From NCBI RefSeq assembly GCF_037042905.1, contig NC_087250.1:16308001-16372000 (forward strand): DNA of 64,000 bases. The letters run 5' to 3'. Positions within the stretch are counted from its first letter, which is position 1, and each line of letters begins with the position of its first letter. This DNA comes from Lytechinus pictus. Taxonomy: Eukaryota. The notes below the pieces were generated by a model, which made no database searches, was not told where the DNA came from, and was given only the letters and a program-made list of their open reading frames with translations. This document shows, piece by piece, positions 14,791-28,000 of the stretch. Position numbers and translations under genes: made by a program.

Positions 14791-15462
14791 GTTGAATTTA
14801 TAACGTGCTTATCAATTATTTGTTTATACGCGCTTTACATTGCAATCATCCACATAGTTTGTGAATATGAAAAGGTGGCCTGGTTTGACAGACTTCCTTA
14901 CTAGTATTTCCTAGAATTTGTTTGATGTTATCACTACAAACTATTGGAAAAACATGATGTATTCTGGATAAGGTTGTTTCATTCCGTGGAATAGACCTAT
15001 CGTTTCCCCCACCTCATGGCATTCAATAATCTTTTTAGCAGGCAGATTGAAAGGAAATTGAAAATAATTTAGCAACAAGAAAAATGAAAAAAAAAAAACG
15101 AAATCCTCACTTTAAAAAATAGTCATGAACCATTAAAAAATATTGAAATTTAGGCATTAAATATATACTTAAAAGTACAAGCCATAACGGGGCAGCGGCT
15201 CGTATTTGAAAAATCATCTGGACATCCTAGCTTGATACATTGGGTTTCTTAGCAATACAAAGTTAAAAGTTTAGTCCAGGTCGAAAATCTTATGATTTGA
15301 ACAGATAAAGAATAATTAAACAAACAAAGTTTTGTTATAAAGATTTGCATTATTTCGGTGAAAGAAAAGTTATATGCATGTCTGTATGAATATTCAATGA
15401 GCAATTTGATGCCACATTCCCATTTATTGTATTTTATTATCAAAATATGTTTATTCAAATTT

Positions 15463-15735
15463 ATTAATAATAATAATATAGGGTATTTATATTGCGCACA
15501 TATCCACCTTGTTAGGTGCTCAAGGCGCTCCTATATTACCCGGCTAAGCTAGGCGTTCATAGCGCACACAGCTTTTTAAGGAATTACTTCCTACCGGTAC
15601 CCATTTACCTCACCTGGGTTGAGTGCAGCACATTGTGGATCCGTTTCTTGCCGAAGGAAATTACGCCATGGCTGGGATTCGAACCCACGACCCTCTGTTT
15701 CAAAGTCCGAAGACTAATCCACTGGGCCACAACGT
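15463..15735 (-). mobile_element. tRNA-derived SINE (related subfamily)
   Basis: Minus strand: TGGCCCAGTGG A box, GGTTCGAATCC B box, ACCCAGGTGAGGTAAATGGGTACCGGTAGG core and (TTA)n tail. Confidence 0.88.
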
Positions 15736-15917
15736 TCATTGCTACTAACATCTTATTTTGATTTAAGGGAGACATATCATAGACACATGCAAAGTATGAA
15801 AGTAAGAAATAATCGATTTCATGTAATAACATTAGAAAAGGGAAAATGGGGACATGATAAAACCCGCTGGTGAATATTCATGATAATATGCATATTACTA
15901 TTTTCACAGAATACATG

Positions 15918-16960
15918 TATTTTATTTATTTATTTATTTATTTTTTCTGATATTTTGACAGGGTAGCCCATTCACCAATAAGTAGTGGTCTTCCATGGGG
16001 CCCTGAATAACAATAAACATATTTACAAAATGCATAACGTATGTACAGAATGTTACAGCATTAAGATTCACATTAGGATTTGAATGTAAAACGAAACATT
16101 AACAAACTTTGCAGCAAACAAAACGCAGACGGGCACTCGTTTGACGTATAATAAAATATCAATAAATCAAATTAATTAAGAAGGACATCTTGAAAATACT
16201 GATAATATACACCAAATCATCAAGGTCATGCTAACACAAAATAAGCACAACAGTGGATGTTCCGCAAGTTATTTATAAATTACAAGTTCTTTTAAACATT
16301 CTCTTAAATGAAATGACAGAAGGAGCTGTTCTAATTGAATTATCAAGCTTATTCCATTCAAATATTGAAGATACGATTGGACTACACTTATAACAATCAG
16401 TGCGAAACTTGGGCACGCGTAAATATCCACTGTCTCTCTGTCTGGTATGATGTTCATGTACATCATTTGGATTGGTTAAGTTTACCTGAAGGTAAGAAGG
16501 TGCTAAATTATGAACACATTTAAATATCATCAAAACGCGACTGAGCTCAAATCGTTTGTCTAGTGTCATCCATTTAAGACTTGTGAACAAATCAGCCGAC
16601 GGTGTGTCGTATGTCTTGTTCAATATAATTCTTGCAGCCCTCTTCTGAATTTTTTGCAGCTTAATTGTATGGGATTGAAATCTATTCGACCATACAGCAG
16701 AACAGTAATCAAATCTTGGCAACACTAAACTGTTATAAAGCAACTTTAAGGACAGCACAGGCAAAGAACTTTTCGCTCTCTTTATTATGCCAATGCTTTT
16801 CTGAGTAAGTTTACATACATTTTCAATTTGTTTTGACCATTTCAGTTCTTCATCTATCAAAACTCCTAAGCGTTTGGTGAATTGAACTCTATTTATCAAA
16901 TTTATTGCTTAACTTTCAAATTCAGGAACCTCGTATCTTTTGGTCAGATTCAGTGAAGAA
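15918..16960 (-). mobile_element. 5'-truncated L2/Crack-group LINE 3' end
   Basis: LGVLIDEELKWSKQI, LYNSLVLPRFDYCSAVW, LQKIQKRAARII, EWNKL; 3' UTR ending in (AAAT)n. Confidence 0.88.
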
Positions 16961-18477
16961 GTTTAATCATTTTACTAAGTGAATATACGTATTAATTAAA
17001 AAAACAATATATATATATATTATATTTTCAGCCCGGATTATATCTTTAAGACATATAGTCTGCTCCGATAAGAAGTGGATCACGGTTGTGACCTGATTAT
17101 GAGGCCTCTACTTTCGGATAAAAAAGGAAAATAGGATATACCTGACTGTATAGCATGCAACTAAACGAACGAAATGTAAAATAATGGCAAATGACATGAA
17201 TGGTATAACAGATAAACCTGAGTCATAGAAATACATGCAGTTAATTGATTAAAAAAGTAAAACAAAAGAAGGTAACTTTGATAAAGGTTCTTCACAAACT
17301 GACGGAATGAGACAAAAATAGCTTTTCATATTTTCAGGTCACTACTTTTAATAATAATTGTTCGACTCTCCAAATGTAAATGTGTAATCAAATTTGATTT
17401 TTTGAATTAATATAATTGTGCTTCAACCTACGGGCTGCCATATGTTGTTTTAATAAATATCATCCAGGACAAATGCATGAAATTATAAATAAATCATAAT
17501 GGTTAGTTTCGGTCATGTTCGCTCATTCGGTTTACGTAGCAGACGATACTAGCCTGCTAGTATATAGTATACTTCCACAAACCCTATTGCAAATCAAAAT
17601 CAGTTCCGGACTCGATATTTGCTTCCTCAAACTGTAGCTATATTATAAATATTAGTAGGCAAAGCTTTATAGTACAAGAACATTGTTACTTTCAACATTA
17701 AATGCGTTAATTAAGTTTGTTTGCATGGACTATGTATTAATTGTTTCAAATGATCAAGGGTCTAGGAACAAAAACTATCTTACATTAGTCACGTGACGTT
17801 GTACACAGAAATATGACATGTTCTGCCTGCTCGATCTCGAAGTTTGGGAGAAAAATGAGATGTAACCATTATACCAGTCATATATGCACTATACATCAAA
17901 CTGTACGTAATTTATTTAGCATCAGAGATGACAATCAATCTCGACCTTTCTGACCCTTAGGGATACTCCAGCTAGTGGGAAAAAAAAGGTGCCGCGGTGT
18001 CTCGAAAATATGGGCGCTTTCAGACCGTTTGCCATAGTATAGCAAGAGATGTGAACATGGACACTTTCAAATGAACAGCGAGACGTAACTGAATAGTAAA
18101 TTAATTGTAATAATACTTGTACATCAAATTAATGGAATTGGATAACATTTTCATACTATATCAATCTGGTGTGAGATTAGTTATAAAGATATATCCAGAT
18201 TTCTGCAATATTACGTTCATGAAAACCACTGTTCCCTTTGCCAAGTGAAGCTGTGTGTGTGGACTTTCGGACACTCAAATACACGCGACTAACCATTATG
18301 GATAAATAGCCCGCGCTTCGCGCACTCGCACGTTCTAAATAGGGGATAGGGCTGATTATATATAGCACATGTATGTAGTTTTATTCGAATAAAAAAATAT
18401 AAACATCGTTTATAGCCACAATGGTTGTGAATAGTGAGTTGTACAGGCCTACTATGTATGTGTGGGCCGGGAGGGGG

Positions 18478-18701
18478 CACAGCAAAAACTGTGGTGTTGG
18501 CCGGTGTATCTAGAGGACCACGTCAGTTATTTTACACCGGTGTTGAATTGGTGGTGTCATTACAACACCTTTGGTTGTTAAATTTACACGCTTTGGTGTT
18601 ATTTTTAACCTCTAGGGTGTAATTTTTACACCTCGGGGTGTGGTCCTCTGAGTCTATTAACACCAACTGGTGTCAGTTTTAACACCGCAGTTTTTACAGT
18701 G
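18478..18701. mobile_element. MITE ~340 bp upstream of the PCYOX start codon
   Basis: CACAGCAAAAACTGTGGTGTT / AACACCGCAGTTTTTACAGTG inverted termini; internal ACACC/GGTGT repeats. Confidence 0.7.
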
Positions 18702-19037
18702 GGTGTGCGTGATTTTTTATTTTATTTATTTATTTTTTTTTTATTTTTTTTTTTTGGGGGGGGGGGGGTCAAGGCGCCTAGCTGCATATCATTACATGGA
18801 AAGTCCGGGGTGCGATCCCTGGCCCCGGCACCTATGCCCGTGAGCAAGGCATTTAATCCACAATGCTATTTTATCCTACATTCAGATAAATGAAAATGCT
18901 ATGCGGCATTGTTTAAAAAAAAAGAATCTCCTTGACGTGACGTGAGCGGATAGCGTCTGGAATTGAGAATAATATTTGTGGGCGTGTTCTCTAACTCTCG
19001 CGATCAATCCTTATTTGTTTTCCGATTTTCAGTCAAA

Positions 19038-22000
19038 ATGTCACCAATACCATATTGGTCTATTTTAGCGTTCATTTTCTGTACCTATGTGGGCTCATTG
19101 TCGTACTCTTTACAGACACTTGAAAGTGTTGAAAATCTTAGGGAACAACGAAGTCCCGTGAAAATTGGTGAGTTTATGATTTGAGTTATTTGGCCTTTTG
19201 CTGTTTCATTGCATTTGCACTGTACCGTAGCAGGTGCGGATTCCTGTCGTCGGGAGGCAGGTTGGCGCTGGCCGGCCGGCCATTCGCCGCGCCGATTCGG
19301 GGTACCAAAGGCAAAGCTCGAGCCGCGTCTCTCCGGTGATTCTTTCCAATTTCCTTAGTCATAGAGTTACATTTATTTTTAAATGCGATGTGCCATGTGG
19401 GCAGCGTGTGTGTGTGTTTTGAGAGTCAGTGAGTGCATAGTTGCCAACTCTACCTCTTTTTGGCGGAACTGAGCAGAAGTTAACAATTAATTTTTTGTTG
19501 TTGTAATTTTTATGTACAGTACCGTAAGGGCACTACTAGGCTACTAGTATTCAACCCGTTTGGAGAATTTCCTCAAATTGATAGAAATATGGAATTTACT
19601 TTAATTTCAGACCTGCCTTATTTCCAAGAGCAAATGTTGGTTATTCTTTTTGCATTATTTTTTTCTTCAACCCGTCGACTTTGTACGCGGGCGATCGAAT
19701 TATACAGCGATGGTTTTTGGCACTAGTATTCAACCTAGCGATAAAAGATGGCCCTGTCTCTCGATCTGCCCTTGTTCCATCCGACTATGGACTGGACCAT
19801 TTGAGATGAGACCAAACAGGGAATTAGTCAAAGCCAGAGACTTATATAGACCTAGATCTGATTTAGCATTTTAAACCATTTTGAGATTCGCTATCTATCA
19901 TCACTAGACTAGGTTGAATTACTATTACTAGTACCATTCAGTGCAAAAGGTCATCGCCACATAATTCGATCCTCCGCGCATACAGTCGACAGATTGATAA
20001 AGAAAATACCGACAACAGATTACCCTTGAAATCAGTGGCGTAGACAGGTTCGTACACCTGGGGGTGATGACTGGGCTGCCAACGCTAGTGAGGGCGCAAA
20101 GCGCCCGAGCGAGGGAGCGAAGCGACCGAGCGGGGGGAGGGTGTGGGAGGGGGGTGTGCCCCCTCCCACAGTAGGGAGCTTTTGCAATTTTGAACTTGAA
20201 ATCGTGCAATCTGATGCATACTTAATGAGGTAAAATAACACACACAAGCGCGCACGCACCCTCACACATACACACACACACACACGGGGCGCGCACCACA
20301 CACATACTACGCCTTGAATGGACAGACATACATCGACAAGATCTACACACCGTGGCATACGAATACAGAATGGACTGACACATAGTATTGCATATTGAAC
20401 CACACTACGTATTTATTTATCTCTGTGAATTTTGCTGTTACACCTCTTCAGAAAAAAAACCAATGTCAACTGTGTACACGCAGGTATAGTCTTTGTTGTC
20501 TTGATATGGGTATGTGGTTATGAATGAAAACAGCCTCTGTGGCCATTTGTGAATAGAACACATAAACAACAAAGAAATAACAATATGTCTGTTCATTATA
20601 AAGCATAATGAATACGTACATACTATGCTTTTTTTTTACCTCAAAGAAACAGGCATAGTATCCATAGATGGATATTGGCTGGCGGCTCATTAACATACAG
20701 ATACAAAAAACATAAACAGAATCACTATGATCCATGGAGTAACAATACTGCTTTGTAAGTTTGTGAATAAATCGGAACCATAACGGCTAATAACAATAAA
20801 CACAATTACAATAATGATGAGGATTATTATTATCATCATCATAATTATTATTATTATTAATATTATAATTGTTATCATTATTATTATTACTATTATTATC
20901 ATCATTATGACTTATTAAGTAACCAAATATCATTCCCCAAAACCTGGGGGGGGGGGGGATGATTGTACATGCCATCCCCCCCACCTTGTGAGGTGGGGGG
21001 GGATGCATCCCCCTCATCCCCCCCGTTGTCTACGCCCCTGCTTGAAATAACAAAGGTATGAAATTAAGATAAATTCCCTATTTCTAAATATTTGGGGGAA
21101 TTTGGCAAAATCTTTGAATTATGCCGGGTTGAATACTAGTGCCCATACGGTACAACGTTGTCATTTGAAAAACTTAGAGTAAAAATCCTTTACTTTTGCC
21201 TACAGTAATTCGTAAATGTTATTGCACATATGCCAAATTGTTAACAATGCAGTGACTCAGTTTTCAGTTTTGTTAAAAACAGTGGGTAGTTAGACTTTTT
21301 TTAGAGCATAATGGGTAGAAACAGAAACTCGGTTCTTAATTGGTATTGTTAAAAATAATGGGGAGTTAGGCACTCACACGTATTGCGAGGTTAGTATTAG
21401 TATACTAACCTCGCACCACGAACCGCGTTTGGCAGTGGATTTCTAACTAGTGGATCGCGCGTGCTGGGATCTCACTTCTTGGGTCCACAACACACGACTT
21501 CTATGGCTTGATTTTTCTGTGCGCGGTGGCATGTAATGAACCCTTGGGTGGGAGTTAGGAGCGTAGGTTATAAAAAATCAAAACTTTCTCAGTATTGTTA
21601 AAGATAGTGGGGAGATACTGTAGTAACATAGCGGGTAGAAACAGAAACTTAGTTCTCGGTAACAATTGTTAAAAAACTAGTGGGGAGTTAGCAACATTTA
21701 ACCATTAGGAACAGAAAGTCAGTTTCGGTGCTGTTAAAAATAGTGGGGAGTTATAGCAGAATAAGCGAAACGAACAAACTTTTCTCGGAATGATTTAAAT
21801 ATGCAGGCGAACCGCATTCGATAGTTTTGGGATTTGATAAATAATTCTATGTTACTGTTTGCCATAAAGCTCAGAAAACATTGATAGGCATGCATGTACA
21901 AAGAAACTGAAATAAAAATTATTTTTGCATACAGGTTTTGTAATCTTTGATCTTATACCATTCTATATTGCACTTTGCCCTCATATTATGTTACAATTTA

Positions 22001-25000
22001 ATAATGTTCTTTAAAATATGATTATTATGTATCATTAAATAAATCTCGCTTGGGTTTTACAACTCATTACAAAAATTAGAAATAAAAAAATTAGAATTAA
22101 AATTTCCAAGTTTATTGGCAACTATCAAACCAATATATTAAAACTAATTATTTTGTTTAATTGATTCGTGTTCATTTTTCCATTATTCAGTTTTTGATGA
22201 GTTACAGAAAGTAAATCAGCAAAGGTTTTTCTGTATTTAAGGTTAATACAATAATTTTATTGTCAAATCCATTTTACAAACTTTTATTCCACATTGAAAC
22301 TCTTTGTGAACTAATGAAACCCTTCTTTGTGACAAAATATTAATGCAGCATTGTCGCCATAATGCATAATTTAAACTGACTACCAAATTTGATATTAAAA
22401 GCATCATACTCCCCTGGGGAAGTGGTTAGATCATAAACTGGGTCAGAAAAACTTGGTCACCTGAGCATTTTGAATATTGCATTCAACAAAATACTTTTCA
22501 TCAATATAAACACTATACTTGTTAAATGTAGTGGACAGGGACTCAATAGAAAGTTGACTGTAAGAAATTGTTAAATGTCAAGTCCACCCCAGAGAAATGT
22601 TGATTTGAATCAATAGAGAAATTTCAAAGAACCATAGCTCTGAAAAAATTCATCACAATCGGATGTAAAATAAGAAAGTTTTGACATTCCAAAGTTTCGC
22701 TTTTTTTCACAAAACAATTATATGTATAAACACACTCAGTGATATGCAAATGAGAGAGTCGATTATGTCCCTCACTCACTTTTTCTTTTTTTCATTGTAT
22801 GAAGTACGGTATCTAAATTTTTTATAGATTTGACAATAATGAACAACTTAATTGAACCACAAAATATTAAAGCAATGGCAATTCCACATTCTCAGGAGGA
22901 ATAAAACTTTGTTTCAAATGACAATGAGGATAACTAAACCATATATGAAATAAAAAAGAAATAGTGAGTTGGTGATGTAATCAGTCCCTTCTTTTGCACA
23001 CTGAACAGGGAAAGCATGTTTTGAGTTAATACAAAAAACAAAAACATTTTTACCTAAATTATGTAATCGCAAACAAATCGTATATATTCGGAGATTTTTC
23101 TCATGGACGGCATGTAGCGCAAGCTGACAATTTTCTTGATAGAGTTTTACAATACGGCAACCAAGAGCTGAAGAGCTGAAATTTGATTTGATATGTGACA
23201 TAAATATAGGGTATAATTATTTAGCCATTAAATCAAGAACTAAAAGCGCTGTGAGATAGATTTCGAAATTTCCAATGTCTCTAGCCTTGGGCGGGCCGCT
23301 TTCCCAGACCCTCCCCTGCTCCCTCGCAAAGTCTACTGCTTTTGCAGTCTTTGTTGGTAAGTATGCATGTGAGTCGGTGTAGTCAAGAGGTGATTACAGA
23401 ATACAAAAGCAAATTACCAAATGTTTTGGCAAGTTCTTTTTCGACTGCTTCTATCTGATATGTGATTATTCTTCTTTTGTCAGCAATTGTTGGAGGAGGC
23501 ATTGGTGGTACATCTAATGCGTTCTTCCTTCGAGATCTATTCGGTGAAGATGCTGCCATCACTCTCTTCGAGAAGGGTACAATCGGGGGTCGCCTAGCAA
23601 CCGTCTCCATTGCCGGTGCCCAGTACGAGATGGGCGGATCAATCGTCCATCCGCGCAATCTCTACATGAAACAATTTTTGCAAGATTTTGGTAAGACTCA
23701 TATAATTATTTATTTTGCCGCATACATATAGCAGCACAAGAAAAATTGTTGGCTTATAAAAACAGATGAAAATAACAGATAAAGATATGTCTTCAAAATG
23801 ATACAAAACTATGAATATTTTAAAGGGGAATCCAACCCAAATAAAAACTTTTTTTTTAAGGAAAAGAAAAATCGGACAAGTTGATAGGTAAAAGTTTGAA
23901 CAATATTGGACAAACAACAAGAAAGATATGAATTTTTAAAAGTTGTAAAAATTGGTAATCACTATACCAATGGAGACTTCAAATTGGCCGCATATGGGAT
24001 GTCATAGTGATGTAAGGCAAGGACTACTCTTCCATGTACTCCAATACATATTATGGCTAAAATGTCATTTTTCCCAAAAGTTTTATTTCAAATTATATTT
24101 TTCTTTCATGAGGACATAAAACAATATACTACCCGGGTTATATTTAGATTACAGCCCCAGGGGAATGTGTACTTGGGGAAAAACCACAAATCCCTGATAA
24201 TAAAGTACATGGCCTATGGGAAAGTTGTCCTTGCCCCTTGTCATAATTTACTTACCCAGTTGCCAATTTGAAATCTACATAGTATTAGTGATCTCAATTT
24301 TAAAGCAGCTATAACTTTCTTATTGCTTGACCGATTTCTTTCAAACTTTCACTATTCTGTTTAATTCATTTTTACCTTCCCAACACAACATTTTATGGCC
24401 AAGGCGGGATTCCCCTTTAAGTTTTTATTATAGATGTGGATGATATTGACTTTGATTAAAAAACTTGGAAGAGGAGTAACTACTTTTACTCAGTACTCGT
24501 GTTGTTAAAAAAGTTCACCCACCTAGTAAGTTTTATTCCAAAGAAACACACAGTTCCTAGCCATATGAGGAGGAAATCATATTCTACATTCATATGAATA
24601 AGAGTGAGCAAAATCCATCTGTTGAATTGAATTGAATTTATTTTCATACTTCAAAAGATAGCAAAATAATAAGTCAAAAAATACATATGATTACATACAA
24701 AATACAAAAGATAATGGCAGTAGATAAAGTGAAATATGAAGGAACCTGCATAAAAAGCAGAGCTTGTAATGTCTGCAGGTTCCTGTTGGCTATGTTGACT
24801 TGAATAATATGGGGAATTGTTGCTTATATTCAAACCCACCCTGAAATTCTGCCTACAAATGTCTGGTATAAATGAAAAAGAAAATTGTGGTTGACCAACA
24901 CAATTTTTGATTTTCTTGATTTACTTGAAATGAACTAACACGAACCTTGGTCATCATCATTTACTCTCTCCCTCAACCTCTCTCCCACATCTTTATTCCC

Positions 25001-28000
25001 CCTCTGTCTCTCTTTACCTCTTTCTGTGTTTGTCTGTCTCTCTCTACATGTATATATCTCTCTCTTTGTTTCTTTCCCTGTCTCTCTTGTAATAAGTGCA
25101 GGACTGAAAGAGAGAGAAACCAAAGGAACGGATGGTACACTGGGCATCTTCAATGGAGAGGAATTCATATTTAAATCCAGCCGATATTCCATATTAACAC
25201 TTATAAAGATGCTATGGCGATATGGATTTGATATCTTTCGGCTGAATTGGACCATCGATAAAGTACTTGACAAATTTGCAAGGTATCGAATTAGCGTCTT
25301 GCTGAACAGTTATTAGAGACTAATTGCATTTTATGATTAAAGGGAACTGTCATTGTAATGTAATGATCATTAAGCCTGTCTAGCTTATTTTATCATTTGG
25401 ACAATAATTGAGGATTGCCTTGAGCATCTAGGTTGAAATTGATTTGTGACCTTAAAAATTATTATTATCAGTAGCAGCAGTAGTAGTAGCAGTAGTAGTA
25501 ATAATGCGCTTTTAATTTCATACAACATGCAAATTTTAAGTCTTGAAGTAGCTTTTCAATATTTTTTTTCTTCTTTCAATCAGATTTTCTCTGATAATTC
25601 AAATGTTCAAATCTAGCGGCCTCTATCGGCAATGTTTTTGTTTTTTCATGAAAAGTTCTCTGAGCATATTGTATGTTTCAAATTTTGGATAGGGATATCA
25701 AGAAGTTATATATAAGATTATATCCTGAAGATTTCAGTCCAATTCTTGCCTTGGAATAGGTTTTTGTATCACATACAGAATCATGCAGATAAGGGTAGGT
25801 GTTTCATAAAGCTGTTCGTAAGTTAAGAGCGACTTTAAGAACGACTGGTGATCCTTTCTTGTGGTAAATGGTAGATTCATTGGCAATGGTTTAGAGCGTA
25901 AAAATGATCACCAGTCTTTCTTAAAGTCGCTCTTAACTTACGAACAGCTTTATGAAACGGACCCCAGGTGTATTTCTATTTTAATTGGACACCTGATCAA
26001 AATACATTTTAATGTAAAATTGTTCAATTTATCCTGTATACGTTTTCGTTTGATACAGTCCACATTATAACAGGGGGCCGTTTCGTAAAGCTGTTTGTAA
26101 GTTAAGAGCGACTTTAAGAACGACTGGTGATCCTTTATTGTGGTAAATGTTGTATTCATTGGCGATGGTTACGCGCGTAATAAAGGTTAACCACTCATTC
26201 TTAAAGTCGGTCGTAACTTACGAACAGTTTATGAAACACCTACCTGTTTTAAACAGGGTATTTATATAATCTACATGTAGTAATGAATTGGATAGTCATA
26301 GCCACATTTTGGGGGACTGAGCGTTGAAGTTACAGACATGCTTTGATATAAATCATCATTGTAATTTTTCAGGATATATGATTTCCAAGATGGCGGACAA
26401 TCTTTCACTGACATCGAGGGCATCATGAATGCTATGGGAGGGGAGGAGTTCATAGGATGGCTTCGTAAGCCCCTTGGTGTTGTCCTCAGAGAAGAAGGCT
26501 TCTCAGAAAGATTTATCCAAGAGCTGGCTGCCATAGCGACGAGAGCGAACTATGGTCAGAACCTGGATATGATGGGGTTTGCAGGTAAACATTTTAAGTA
26601 CATATTGTACACATGACGAAAAACCTCCATTTGAGAACACTATACCCCAGTTTCCCTTGCAATAAATTCTCTTCTCCAAGTACGACAAACCCTACTGCCC
26701 CAAGCATGCAATTTAAGTATCAAAACACCTGTTTCTTGACCTCGGTCCGAAGATAACACAACAGCCCGGCATATACAGTCACAGCAGGGGGCCACACACG
26801 ATGGGATGCATGCGCAGTGCTGAGTGCGGACCCGGTAAGCAAGCCGTCATTTCTTTTCGCTTACTTTCCTTATTTCGAGGTCGATTTTCTTCGTTCGAAA
26901 TTAAAAAAGGACTAACATTGAATTTCTGAATACAATATGCCTTTGAAAACGTGATTAAATATCGAATACAATAATTTCATTCAGAAGGTCCTACTACAGG
27001 CAGAGAAGTCTTACGTAATAGCACAGCTGTTGTTTATCATTTCGTCCTTGGCTCAACGCTCATAATCTGGCCTGTGGAGGTGAAATTGAGACAGCGGGGA
27101 TTACCTGGGCAAGCAGGGTTGATCAGGCGGGTGTTTCATAAAGCTGTTCGTAAGTTGAGAGCGACTGGTGATCCTGTCTTGCGGTAAATGGTACACACCA
27201 TTGGCGATAATCACCAGTCGCTCTTTAAGTCGCTCTTAACTTATGAACAGCTTTATGAAACGGCCCCCTGGGCTTGGAAATGATGTTTTAGATTTTCAAA
27301 TGCAAAATGGGGTGAAATACCGCAGTTTGCAATCTGAACTGCGGTAAATTCTCAAACGGGGGTTTGACGTAATGCATTCCCGGGATTCAAGAGGGCGCTG
27401 TTGGATGGTCATGTCACATGCTGTACTCGCTGCCATCTTCATGACGAAGATCATTAACATAAATTGCATGACGCTATCAATCATCAGCCAGTCGTGCAGC
27501 ACATGCACAGTACTGTACAGTGCGTCCCAAAAAATGTCCCTCTGATATGAGGCTAAATTACTTCCAAAAAATAAAAATTATTCTCAATGAAATGTATGGA
27601 AACATTGCCCTACTTCTATAAAAATTTAAATTTTCATTGGTCTCGCTTCAGTGGTTTTGAATACACAGTCTATTATGTAACAGTGGTGCTTTTCAGCCCA
27701 TTCCAGGTTTGCATGCATGCAGCACTACTGAGTGTTCTGCACTTTCTAGCATGTCAACCCCTTTTGACCATTCTGACCAAGGAATTCCCTGATCTGACCA
27801 GGGAAATCTCCTTGATCTAACCAGGTTCATCAAATCACAACCTTGAGCATGTTCAGAAGGGCAAAAACAATATTTGACAGTTCATTTCATGTTTGAAAAC
27901 GGGAGATGCACAATGATCAAGACCACAGGTCATGCCTGTTTCAAACCTAATTCATGCCTAATACTGCATTTTTGTTTTTATTGTCTCATCTGCATAGCAG

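Noticed and set aside
14483..14904. Ile/Asn/Tyr-rich ORFs here and at 20690-21017, and Leu/Ser/Phe-rich ORFs at 4877-5110
   Set aside because: Translations of (AAT)n and GA-rich simple repeats.
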